A stretch of 54,414 nt of DNA from a bacterium (GCA_021796415.1 JAJYJC010000003.1:1-54414); one strand, 5' to 3'; shown: positions 17,935 through 27,213, numbered from the stretch's first letter. Notes: generated by a model from the letters alone, not told the origin. A program made the numbers and translations.

Positions 17935-19062
17935 ATGGCTAAAGCTAACACTAAAAGTAGACTTAATCAAAGAGTACTTGTCGCTATGTCGGGAGGGGTA
18001 GATTCTTCCGTCGCTGCATATTTATTAAAAGAAGAAGGATACGGGGTTATCGGCGCCACGATGAAGCTTTTTTGCTATGGGGAAAAGCAAGAAAGGCAAA
18101 AGGCTTGCTGTTCGCTTGAAACAATTAACGATGCAAAGCAAGTTTGCGAACAGCTGGGCATCCCACATTATGTTTTTGATATGGAAGAAGAGTTTGAACG
18201 GGAAGTTATTGAGGATTTTGTAAAGGAATATGAGAAGGGCAGAACTCCCAATCCTTGTATCCGCTGCAACCAGCTGATAAAGTTCGATTATTTATTAAAT
18301 AAAGCCAAAGAATTAAATTGTGACTTTTTGGCAACCGGGCACTATGCCAGGATAGCGAACAGCAACCAAAGTTGTCATTATGAGCGATCCGGCAGTTGCC
18401 GGAAGCCGAAGAATCCCTTAAAATTATTAAAAGGAGCTGACGAGGCAAAGGACCAGACATATTTTCTTTATCGGCTAAACCAAAACCAGCTTTCAAGGAT
18501 AAAGTTTCCGTTGGGTGAACTGACCAAGAAAGAGGTGAGGAAAATTGCCAAGGAAGGGGGCCTCAAGACAGCCGAGAAAGCCGAAAGCCAGGAAATTTGC
18601 TTTGTCGACACAAGCGTCTCAGAATTTATTTCAGATAAAATCAAGGTAAAAAGAGGCGATATTTTGGATACCTCAGACAGAAAGATGGGCGAGCACGAAG
18701 GCGTCCCATTCTACACTATAGGCCAGAGAAAAGGCCTTGGAGGAGGCTTTAAAGAACCAATGTATGTCGTCGATATCGATGCGGCGAAAAATGCGGTCAT
18801 CGTCGGGCAGGAACAGGATTTATATAAAAAAGAAGTGTTTTTTGACGATGCGAACTGGATATCAGGCGATACGCCGGCCGGAACAGGTTTGTCTGCTGTG
18901 ATCCGTTATAACATGAAAGAGGAGAGCGTTTCAGAATTGAAACAGATTCAAGGCGCGTATAAAACAATCTTTGAGAAAAAGGTGAGAGCGGTTACTCCCG
19001 GACAATCGATTGTGTTCTACTCGGGCGATGAATGCCTCGGTGGGGGAATCATTAAAAATTAA
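17935..19062 (+). CDS. mnmA: tRNA 2-thiouridylase MnmA with short repeat-derived insert
   Basis: VAMSGGVDSS, PNPCIRCN, ATGHYA, KDQTYFL, ESQEICF, TIGQRKGL, TPGQS. Confidence 0.97.
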   Translation: MAKANTKSRLNQRVLVAMSGGVDSSVAAYLLKEEGYGVIGATMKLFCYGEKQERQKACCSLETINDAKQVCEQLGIPHYVFDMEEEFEREVIEDFVKEYEKGRTPNPCIRCNQLIKFDYLLNKAKELNCDFLATGHYARIANSNQSCHYERSGSCRKPKNPLKLLKGADEAKDQTYFLYRLNQNQLSRIKFPLGELTKKEVRKIAKEGGLKTAEKAESQEICFVDTSVSEFISDKIKVKRGDILDTSDRKMGEHEGVPFYTIGQRKGLGGGFKEPMYVVDIDAAKNAVIVGQEQDLYKKEVFFDDANWISGDTPAGTGLSAVIRYNMKEESVSELKQIQGAYKTIFEKKVRAVTPGQSIVFYSGDECLGGGIIKN

Positions 19063-19064
19063 GA

Positions 19065-19093
19065 TTGACATGATTTGCTCTATGGGGTATAAT
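19065..19093 (+). promoter_or_regulatory. Consensus sigma70 promoter
   Basis: TTGACA-17 nt-TATAAT. Confidence 0.85.
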
Positions 19094-19156
19094 TTCGGTC
19101 CCTTTCCGGCAGGAAGCGCACCATGCTCACCCCACTTAAGAACGGAGGTGATATGA

Positions 19157-19486
19157 ATGGAAGCAGCAACCTCTTCAAGGACGAAGAAGTTCGAGTCTGA
19201 GATTCGTGACTTTATAAATGAGCACGAAGAACTCAAAGGCCACCTGTATCGCAGGGACTTCGAAACCGGTGCTCTCGAGTTTCTCTCGGAGTTCGACGAC
19301 CGCGTTCAGGCAGCAAAGCGAAAGAAGAAGAAGCCGCGAGGAATAGAGAAGGAATTCTTTCCTCGGATGCACAGGCTTCTCGATTACGCCTTCGACGTCC
19401 CAAAACCAGACAACTTCATAGTAAGGGGGCTAGCAAGGGAGTTCCTCATCGACAAAATGACCGACATAGCGGGGAGGCTAAGTTGA
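19157..19486 (+). CDS. Hypothetical protein (109 aa)
   Basis: SD GGAGGTG, own promoter and downstream hairpin. Confidence 0.72.
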   Translation: MEAATSSRTKKFESEIRDFINEHEELKGHLYRRDFETGALEFLSEFDDRVQAAKRKKKKPRGIEKEFFPRMHRLLDYAFDVPKPDNFIVRGLAREFLIDKMTDIAGRLS

Positions 19487-19589
19487 TCATAAACAAGCGC
19501 ACAAGAGAATGGGAGAAAGCCGGAAGGGATAGGGGCGTACGAGCGCATACGGGAAACCGTGTGGCTTAAGCGCCCCTTATTCCTTTCTG

Positions 19590-19618
19590 TTGACCTGAGT
19601 GTATGATTTTGCTAAAAT
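19590..19618 (+). promoter_or_regulatory. Sigma70 promoter
   Basis: TTGACC-17 nt-TAAAAT with extended TG. Confidence 0.6.
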
Positions 19619-19693
19619 CTTCTAGGTAAATTCGAAAGGCTGCAACTTGTAGCTTTTTGTATTTGCATAATGCACCTTTAGGAAAGGATTGAA

Positions 19694-20008
19694 TTGAAAA
19701 CGCTGGATCAGATTGAGGATGAACTCCTCTTTCTCACCAAAGAAAATCCAAAGTTTGATCATTTGGAGCCGCTCTTTTTTGAGTTGGCAAATGCTATGAA
19801 TACTTTAGATGCAGTCAGGCAGCTAGGGGGTCAAGGGCAGATCTTGTGTGCAGAACGCTGGTTGAAGTATCTATTACACAAGATCAACCTCAAAGCTTTG
19901 ATCGTAAATGACCTGCCTGACATGACTCTCCTATGGTGTTACATTGGAGATGTGCTTGCGGAAGCGGGCATCGAATTTTCGATTCAAGACCAAACAACAG
20001 GAGGGTAA
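19694..20008 (+). CDS. Hypothetical protein (104 aa)
   Basis: TTG after GGAAAGGA; helical composition; downstream hairpins. Confidence 0.62.
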   Translation: MKTLDQIEDELLFLTKENPKFDHLEPLFFELANAMNTLDAVRQLGGQGQILCAERWLKYLLHKINLKALIVNDLPDMTLLWCYIGDVLAEAGIEFSIQDQTTGG

Positions 20009-20104
20009 GGCGGCATCATTGGCTGCCTTTCTCCTTTTAAGGGGGCGTTTTTTGTAGTAGAATGAATGGGTTAATCGGTTTATTGGTAAATGGGTTGATT
20101 GGAA

Positions 20105-21925
20105 ATGGATTCTAAAGAACTAAGGCAAAAGTTTCTGAAATTTTTTGAAGAGAAGGGGCACAAAGTTATCCCTTCAGCTTCGCTTGTGCCCGAAAACGAC
20201 CCGTCGGTGCTTTTCACCACCGCCGGCATGCATCCGCTCGTCCCTTATATCATGGGGGAGGATCACCCGAAAGGCAAAAGGCTGACTGACTCTCAGAAAT
20301 GCATTCGCACTGATGATATCGAAGATGTGGGCGATAGAGTTCACCATACTTTTTTTGAAATGTTGGGAAATTGGTCGTTTGGTGACTATTTCAAGGAAGA
20401 TGCCATTAAATACAGCTACGAGTTTTTGACTGATAAAAAATGGCTTGGTATAGATAAAAACAAACTAGCCGTAACTGTGTTTATGGGGGACAAGGACGCG
20501 CCTTTTGACGAAGATTCATATAACATCTGGCTTTCACTGGGAATTCCCAAAGAAAGAATTGCAAGGCTTGGCAAAAAGGACAATTGGTGGGGACCGGCCG
20601 GCGAGACCGGGCCGTGCGGGCCGGACACGGAAATGTTCTTTTGGTCAGCAAAAGAAAAAGCTCCTGAAAAGTTTGACCCAAATGACGACAGATGGACTGA
20701 GATTTGGAATGATGTTTTTATGCAGTACAACAAGAAAAAGGATGGGAAATTTGAAACGCTGAAACAAAAAAATGTCGATACCGGCATGGGGCTCGAGAGG
20801 ATGCTGGCGGTTCTAAACGGCTTTGACGATGATTACCGGACCGATTTGTTTACACCGATAATTAAACGAATTGAAAAGCTATCTGATATGGAGTACGGCG
20901 AAAAGACTGACGAAGAATATGTAAAGGAAGATTTGCAGTGCTGGGTTGATGTAAGGATTCAGTTTAGAATCATTGCAGATCATGTAAAGGCGGCGATTTT
21001 TGCAATTAATGATGGAGTTATACCTTCAAATAAACAAGCCGGTTATGTTACACGCCGATTGATTAGGCGAACTATCGTTAAAGGCCACCAGGTCGGCATA
21101 AAAGAGAATTTTCTCGCTGATTTTGTCGAAGTAATCCAAGAAATTTATAAAGGTATCTATGATCTGAAGGCTGATTTAATTACAAAAGAGCTAAAGTCTG
21201 AAGAGGATAAGTTTAGAAAGACTCTGCAAGTTGGCTTGAAAGAATTTGAAAAAGTTTCAGTTAAATCAATTTCAGGAAAAGACGCTTTTGATTTGTACCA
21301 GAATTATGGTTTTCCCTTGGAAATGGTTGAGGAGTTGGCAAAAGAGAAAAAGCTAAAAGTAGATAAGAAGGGATTTGAAGAAGAATTTAAAAAACATCAG
21401 GAGCTTTCGCGCAGCGCTTCGGCCGGTATGTTCAAGGGCGGTTTGGCGGATGATTCTGAAATGGCGACCAAATATCATACGGCAACACATTTATTGAATG
21501 CAGCGCTGAGAGAGGTTTTGGGTGATCATGTCGAGCAAAGGGGGTCAAATATCAATGCCGAAAGGTTGAGATTTGACTTCTCTCATGACGTGAAAATGAC
21601 CGATGAGGAAAAGAAAAAAGTTGAGGATCTGGTCAATGGACAGATTGCCAATAATTTACCCGTTACAAAGGAAGAGATGACAGTCGAAGAAGCCAAAAAA
21701 CAAGGCGCCGTAGGAGTATTTGGTGAGAAATATGGTGAAAAAGTCTCGGTCTATACCATTACCAATCCCACACCGGGTGTGGGATTGAAGGGGGAGCGTG
21801 TTTTCAGCCGGGAAATCTGCGGCGGGCCGCATGTCAAAAACACCGGTGAGCTGGGACGCTTCAAAATTAAAAAGGAAGAATCAAGCTCGAAGGGGGTGAG
21901 GAGAATTAAGGCGGTTTTAGAGTAA
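20105..21925 (+). CDS. alaS: Alanine--tRNA ligase lacking the C-Ala domain
   Basis: LFTTAGMHP, HTFFEMLGNWS, VDTGMGLER, HTATHLL, ICGGPHV; ends at GVRRIKAVLE. Confidence 0.96.
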   Translation: MDSKELRQKFLKFFEEKGHKVIPSASLVPENDPSVLFTTAGMHPLVPYIMGEDHPKGKRLTDSQKCIRTDDIEDVGDRVHHTFFEMLGNWSFGDYFKEDAIKYSYEFLTDKKWLGIDKNKLAVTVFMGDKDAPFDEDSYNIWLSLGIPKERIARLGKKDNWWGPAGETGPCGPDTEMFFWSAKEKAPEKFDPNDDRWTEIWNDVFMQYNKKKDGKFETLKQKNVDTGMGLERMLAVLNGFDDDYRTDLFTPIIKRIEKLSDMEYGEKTDEEYVKEDLQCWVDVRIQFRIIADHVKAAIFAINDGVIPSNKQAGYVTRRLIRRTIVKGHQVGIKENFLADFVEVIQEIYKGIYDLKADLITKELKSEEDKFRKTLQVGLKEFEKVSVKSISGKDAFDLYQNYGFPLEMVEELAKEKKLKVDKKGFEEEFKKHQELSRSASAGMFKGGLADDSEMATKYHTATHLLNAALREVLGDHVEQRGSNINAERLRFDFSHDVKMTDEEKKKVEDLVNGQIANNLPVTKEEMTVEEAKKQGAVGVFGEKYGEKVSVYTITNPTPGVGLKGERVFSREICGGPHVKNTGELGRFKIKKEESSSKGVRRIKAVLE

Positions 21926-21966
21926 ACATTTGCCAAGGGACAAAACCTTGGTAAGAATTGTAATGT

Positions 21967-22010
21967 AGATTCTGGACAAGCCTGCCTGCCGGCAGGCAGG
22001 CCAGAATGAC
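21967..22010. repeat. REP-like element with nested 20-bp palindrome
   Basis: GATTCTGGACAAG[CCTGCCTGCCGGCAGGCAGG]CCAGAATGAC. Confidence 0.88.
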
Positions 22011-22031
22011 AGCTCAATAAAGAGGTAAATC

Positions 22032-22598
22032 ATGCAGAGGGAATACGAAACTCAGGTTCTTGAATTTGACGAGGATGAAGTAATCAAAACACTTCGGAAG
22101 CTGGGCGCTAAAGAAGAACCGGAGATTCTCCAGAAAAGATGGGTGCTCGGCAATAATGAAAACGGAAATTGGATCCGCCTGCGAGAATCAGGAGGCAAGA
22201 CGACTCTTTGCCATAAGAAAAAGCTAGACAAAAGCATTTCCGGGACAAGGGAAATCGAGGTTGAAGTGGGCGATTTCGACAAGATGGCTGATTTACTGAT
22301 GAATCTCGAATTATTCAAAGAAAAGTATTATCAGGAGAATAAAAGAAAATTATTTGAACTGGATGGCATTGAATTTACAATCGATTCTTGGCCGTTAATT
22401 CCTAAAAAGCTGGAAATAGAGGGCAAAAGCGAGGCAAAAGTCAGAGATGGCCTGGAGCTTATTGGGCTCGCCGGCAAAGACGAAGGCCATATCGGCATGA
22501 AAGAAATCTACAGAAGGCATGGGCTGGACATCCATTCATTTGAAAGATTAACTTTCGACACGAAGCCGACAAAGGCTAACTTTACATTGGACATCTAA
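22032..22598 (+). CDS. CYTH-domain protein
   Basis: REYETQ (ExExK-like), WIRLRE, EIEVEV, QENKRK, LEIEG. Confidence 0.85.
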   Translation: MQREYETQVLEFDEDEVIKTLRKLGAKEEPEILQKRWVLGNNENGNWIRLRESGGKTTLCHKKKLDKSISGTREIEVEVGDFDKMADLLMNLELFKEKYYQENKRKLFELDGIEFTIDSWPLIPKKLEIEGKSEAKVRDGLELIGLAGKDEGHIGMKEIYRRHGLDIHSFERLTFDTKPTKANFTLDI

Positions 22599-22625
22599 CT
22601 TTAAAGCCTTTACAATGAATAAGTA

Positions 22626-23885
22626 ATGAAACAGCTTATTTCCAGCGCCTTAAAACGCAAACCGAAGGATCCCGTCTATGTCGCGCTCGACATAGGTACG
22701 GAGTTTGTTAAGGCACTCGTTTTCAAGATAGAGAATGGCAAAGCGGTCGTGAAAGGTGTGGGGAGGCAGAGGCAGAGGCTTGGCGATATGCATGGCGGAG
22801 CGGTAACCGATATATCAGGATGTGTTGAGAATTGCGCCAAGGCGCTCGATGTGGCAGAAGAAGAAGCGGGAATGATTTCCGACTATTGCGTCATTGGTAT
22901 TGCCGGCGAGCTGGTCAAAGGCGCGACCACGACAGTCCATTATGAACGGCTAAAACCGAAAACCAGAATTGATTACGGAGAGCTGAAAAACATAGTCAAT
23001 AAAGTGCAGTGGAAGGCATTTGACGCCGTTCGGCAGCAGCTGGCATGGGAGACGGGCCACGAAGAAATAGACGTCAAGCTGGTCAACGCTTCGATTGTTG
23101 ATGTCAAAATCGACGGCTATCGCGTTACAAATCCTATGGGCTTTCAAGGAAAAGACGTAAGTGTGGGGATATTTAACGCCTTTGCGCCGCTTGTGCATCT
23201 CGGCGCCCTCCAAACCATCGCAAATGATTTAGACTTGGAATTACTTTCCATTGCGGCTGAGCCGTATGCTGTTGCAAAAAGCGTCGGCAGCGAAGAAGCG
23301 GGGGAGTTTAGCGCTATATTTATCGACATTGGCGGCGGCACCAGTGATGTGGCTGTTGTTCGAAATGGGGGACTGGAAGGGACAAAAATGTTTGCTATCG
23401 GAGGCAGAAGCTTTACCAAGAGATTGTCCCAAGTTTTAAACACATCCTTCGCCAAGGCGGAAAACATAAAGCTGGCTTATTCAAAAGGAGACCTGGAAAA
23501 AGACAGCGAGAAGACGGTCCGCGAGGCGCTGGAGGCAGATACAGAAGTGTGGCTTAGCGGCGTAGAGCTTGCATTGTCCGAATTTTCGGGCGTGGAGCTC
23601 TTGCCGTCAAGGATCCTCTTGTGCGGAGGAGGATCGGCATTGCCTGAGATCAAAAAGGCGCTTGAAACGTCAAACTGGTACAAAGACCTGCCGTTTGCCA
23701 GAAAGCCCAAGGTTTCATTTATTAAACCCGAAGAAGTGAACAATGTGGTAGACAAGACCGGCAAGCTGAAAAACCAGCAAGATATTACGCCGATGGGCCT
23801 TGCCAACTTGTCATTATCAATCGAAGCGGAGGAAGATGTTTTGCCGGGCATTTTGTCAAAAGCGGCAAAGGCGATGCAAAACTGA
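22626..23885 (+). CDS. ftsA: FtsA-like actin-family ATPase
   Basis: ALDIGTEFVKA, IDIGGGTSD, AENIK, LCGGGSAL; no ftsZ next to it. Confidence 0.78.
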   Translation: MKQLISSALKRKPKDPVYVALDIGTEFVKALVFKIENGKAVVKGVGRQRQRLGDMHGGAVTDISGCVENCAKALDVAEEEAGMISDYCVIGIAGELVKGATTTVHYERLKPKTRIDYGELKNIVNKVQWKAFDAVRQQLAWETGHEEIDVKLVNASIVDVKIDGYRVTNPMGFQGKDVSVGIFNAFAPLVHLGALQTIANDLDLELLSIAAEPYAVAKSVGSEEAGEFSAIFIDIGGGTSDVAVVRNGGLEGTKMFAIGGRSFTKRLSQVLNTSFAKAENIKLAYSKGDLEKDSEKTVREALEADTEVWLSGVELALSEFSGVELLPSRILLCGGGSALPEIKKALETSNWYKDLPFARKPKVSFIKPEEVNNVVDKTGKLKNQQDITPMGLANLSLSIEAEEDVLPGILSKAAKAMQN

Positions 23886-23952
23886 AGTTCGGTATTCGCA
23901 TAGAGTATTGAGTATTGTGTATAAGAAGGTAGAATAGGAATATAAATATAAG

Positions 23953-24040
23953 GTTATTCGATAGTTATACGGTGGTTATCCGATTGCAATTCGATTGTAT
24001 AACCACAGAATAACAACTGAAGAACAATTGAGTAACAATT
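23953..24040. repeat. 11-nt-period degenerate array with inverted arms
   Basis: GTTATTCGATA GTTATACGGTG GTTATCCGATT GCAATTCGATT ... AACAACTGAAG AACAATTGAGT. Confidence 0.65.
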
Positions 24041-24043
24041 TTT

Positions 24044-25687
24044 ATGGACAACAAGATATTATATTTGGAAATTGACGAGGAAATAACTTCGATTATCGAC
24101 CGTTTGAGAAAAGTGCAAGAATTGGAGATTCATTTAGTCGTGCCAAAAGAAGCTGCGCTTATCCAAAGCATTGTAAACTTGAAGCTGCTCAAGAAACAGG
24201 CGGACAACATGGGCAAGCAAATCCAGATTATTACTCACGATAAAGTCGGGCGAAATCTGGCGGAACAAGTCGGTTTGCATAGCGCGTCAAAAGTTGGAGA
24301 AGAGATAAAAGTGCCGGCTCGTGAAGCGGCTGCTGAAGCGGAAAAGGAAATTAAGTTCAAAGAAAAAGAGCCTGTTGTCGAGGAAACCAAGGAAATAGTT
24401 TTCAAAAAAGGCGCGGTTGTCGGTGACAAAGAGAAGCAAGCTGAGGCAGCAAAGGAAGAACCGGAAGCCAAAGAGGAACCGGCAGGGAAAGCAAAACCTG
24501 CTTCAAAGAAAAAAAGCAGTGATTTTCTGCCCAAATTTCCGCACAAGAAGTTTGCCATAATCGCAGCAGTTGTTATCTTGGCCTTGGGCATTTTTCTATA
24601 CATATTTGTGCCGATGGCCAATGTGAAGCTAAAGGTCGCTGCCGAAAAGCAAAGTTTAAAAGCCGACTTTACTATTGATAAAAATGCAAGCGGCATTGAC
24701 CAGTCCTCCGGCACTATCCCCGGCGATTTAATAAATGTGCAGCAGACAATTACCAAGAAATATCAGGCAACCGGAAAAAAAGATGTGGGGACGAAGGCCC
24801 AAGGCAGCGTGACAATAGCGAACACCTATAGCACCGTTGCCCAAACGCTGGTTGCCGGAACAAGGCTCACCTCAAACGGGCTGACCTATAGAACTTTGTC
24901 TGATGTAACCGTTCCCGGCTATACTGACAACGGCAATGGTCCCGTGGCCGGAACGGCGCCGGTTAGCGTGACGGCTGACGCTCCCGGCGACCAATACAAC
25001 ACATCATCCGGAACATTTAAAATCCCCGGTTTTGCCGGTACGGCAGAATATGACAAAATGAATGGATCGGTTGCTTCTGCTATGACCGGAGGATCATCCA
25101 AGCAAGTGACTGTCGTCAGTTCAACTGATATTGCAAATGCCAAAAATTCATTTTCCGGCGATGCAAAGGATGAGATTACAAAGGACGGCCAGGATAAATT
25201 AAAAAACAACGAAGTGTTAAATGATAAAGCTGAAAAGATAACAATTGGTTCAATGTCCATTTCCAACAACGCCGGCGATGAAACCGATAGCTTTACCGTA
25301 TCGGCGTCAGCTGATTTTACCGGTCTTGCATACAACAAGGACGACCTAAACAAGATGGTATTTGACAATCTAAAGTCAAAGACGGGTCCGGGCAAGCAAA
25401 TACTTGAAGACAAACTTGATAACGCAGATATCATTGTGGATAATGTTGATTTGTCCAAGGGCACAATATCAGGTGAGGCAGCCGCAAGCCTGCATCTTGG
25501 CACCAAGATTGACGAGAACCAGGTCAAAACATCTATTTCGGGCGATAGCCAGCAGAAGGCGGAAGATTATCTAAAGGGGCTTGGAGGAATTGATTCCGTC
25601 CAGATAGATTTCTTCCCGAGTTTTCTTCATCAGATTCCCAGGATTAAAAGCCATATCTATATAAAAACTGAATTTGTGGAACAATAG
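24044..25687 (+). CDS. Single-TM protein with baseplate J-like extracellular region
   Basis: LYLEIDEEITSIIDRL N-terminus, TM, ATGKKDVGTKAQGSVTI..LVAGTRL..VTADAPGDQYN; family call tentative. Confidence 0.65.
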   Translation: MDNKILYLEIDEEITSIIDRLRKVQELEIHLVVPKEAALIQSIVNLKLLKKQADNMGKQIQIITHDKVGRNLAEQVGLHSASKVGEEIKVPAREAAAEAEKEIKFKEKEPVVEETKEIVFKKGAVVGDKEKQAEAAKEEPEAKEEPAGKAKPASKKKSSDFLPKFPHKKFAIIAAVVILALGIFLYIFVPMANVKLKVAAEKQSLKADFTIDKNASGIDQSSGTIPGDLINVQQTITKKYQATGKKDVGTKAQGSVTIANTYSTVAQTLVAGTRLTSNGLTYRTLSDVTVPGYTDNGNGPVAGTAPVSVTADAPGDQYNTSSGTFKIPGFAGTAEYDKMNGSVASAMTGGSSKQVTVVSSTDIANAKNSFSGDAKDEITKDGQDKLKNNEVLNDKAEKITIGSMSISNNAGDETDSFTVSASADFTGLAYNKDDLNKMVFDNLKSKTGPGKQILEDKLDNADIIVDNVDLSKGTISGEAAASLHLGTKIDENQVKTSISGDSQQKAEDYLKGLGGIDSVQIDFFPSFLHQIPRIKSHIYIKTEFVEQ

Positions 25688-25719
25688 TAATTCCTCAAAT
25701 TTCCAATTACCAATTTCCA

Positions 25720-26148
25720 ATGGTCAATCAAATTTCCAATTCCAAATTTCCAAACAAAATTAAAGCAGTAGCGCTCGATGTTGGAGAGAAAAGAATCGGA
25801 ATTTCCATTAGCGAAGATGGTGTTTTTGCCTTTCCTTTCAAAACGGTTGCCCCGGAAAATTTAGAACAGGAGCTTGTTTCACTGGGTAGAATTAATAAAA
25901 TTATCGTTGGTTTGCCCAGAAACATGGATGGCTCCTTGGGATTTCAAGCGGAAAAGATTAAATCATTTGTGAACGATAACCTGGAAAAATACCTGGGAAA
26001 AATAGAATATATTGACGAAACAGCAACAAGCATCGAGGCCGAAAAAATTATAAGAACGGAAGGCAAGGACCCTAAGAAAAATCCGGAACTGATAGATGCC
26101 TATGCGGCAAAAATAATATTAGAAGATTGGCTGAGAGAGAAGAGATAA
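25720..26148 (+). CDS. ruvX: Pre-16S rRNA nuclease / Holliday junction resolvase-like RuvX (YqgF)
   Basis: ALDVGEKRIGIS, IVGLPRNMDG, IDETATS, IDAYAAKIIL. Confidence 0.93.
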   Translation: MVNQISNSKFPNKIKAVALDVGEKRIGISISEDGVFAFPFKTVAPENLEQELVSLGRINKIIVGLPRNMDGSLGFQAEKIKSFVNDNLEKYLGKIEYIDETATSIEAEKIIRTEGKDPKKNPELIDAYAAKIILEDWLREKR

Positions 26149-26169
26149 AAGGACGCAAAAACAGTGGAT

Positions 26170-27213
26170 ATGAACAATTATTATACTCAAAAAAATGAGC
26201 GTAAAATTATCACAAAGAGAAATGTTTTGCTTTTTGTTTGCGGACTTTTTATCTTGCTTGTGATTGCCGTCGGTTTGATTGGAAGCTACATCCATGCTGC
26301 GATTTATAACCCCATGTCGAAAAGCGATCAGGCTGTTAAGTTTACAGTAACAAAAGGAGAAGGAACCAGAGAAATTGGTGAGGAGCTTGAGAAACAAAAA
26401 CTGATCAGGAGCTCAATTATATTTTTAGGCTACTTGAAGCTTAAAGACAAAGGAGCCCAGATACAAGTCGGGGATTATGCTTTCAAGAAAAACATGACCA
26501 TGGCACAGATTATGGGCATGCTCACAAGGGGCGATGTGATAACGACAAAGATTACTGTGCCTGAGGGTTGGACGGATAAGCAAATCGGCGACGCCCTTAT
26601 AGCAAAAGGCATTACCACCAAGGACGATTTCCAGAAAGCTCTGGCCGACAAATATGACTATGGTTTTTTGCAGGAAAGCCCAGACGGGGATTTGCAAGGT
26701 TTTCTCTTCCCGGATACTTATCTTCTAGCGTCGCATCCTACAGCCAAAGAGGCTATCATGAAAATGCTGGATGAGTTCAAGATTAAGGTTGATCCAAAAA
26801 TCAAGGCTAAGCTAAGCGGACAGAGCCTGTCGTATTATCAGGTTTTGACTCTTGCTTCAATCGTCGAACGTGAAGTTCAGACAAGTTCCGATAAGAATGT
26901 TGTCGCCGGTATATTTTTAAATAGGTTGGCCAATGATATGCCGCTTGATTCTGATGCCACCATTCAGTATATATTAGGCGGTAACAAGCGCATCTTCTCC
27001 GACCAGGATATAGCCGTTGATTCGCCTTACAATACTTACACAAACAAGGGATTGCCGCCGGGACCGATAGCCAACCCCGGACTTGATTCGATAGAAGCGG
27101 TTCTGAACCCGACAAAGACTGATTACTTTTACTTTTTCACCGGCAAAGACGGCAAGACTTACTTTTCAAAGACAGCAGAAGAGCACGAGGCCAAAAAAGC
27201 TAAGTATTTATAA
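26170..27213 (+). CDS. mltG: Endolytic transglycosylase MltG
   Basis: ITVPEGW, LQGFLFPDTY, LASIVERE, SPYNTY..GLPPGPIANPG, HEAKKAKYL. Confidence 0.95.
   Translation: MNNYYTQKNERKIITKRNVLLFVCGLFILLVIAVGLIGSYIHAAIYNPMSKSDQAVKFTVTKGEGTREIGEELEKQKLIRSSIIFLGYLKLKDKGAQIQVGDYAFKKNMTMAQIMGMLTRGDVITTKITVPEGWTDKQIGDALIAKGITTKDDFQKALADKYDYGFLQESPDGDLQGFLFPDTYLLASHPTAKEAIMKMLDEFKIKVDPKIKAKLSGQSLSYYQVLTLASIVEREVQTSSDKNVVAGIFLNRLANDMPLDSDATIQYILGGNKRIFSDQDIAVDSPYNTYTNKGLPPGPIANPGLDSIEAVLNPTKTDYFYFFTGKDGKTYFSKTAEEHEAKKAKYL

Noticed and set aside
19094-19130. SRP RNA-like motif CCGGCAGGAAGC
   Set aside because: Lacks the CAGG/AGCA internal loop and flanking long stem; sits in a short 5' leader.
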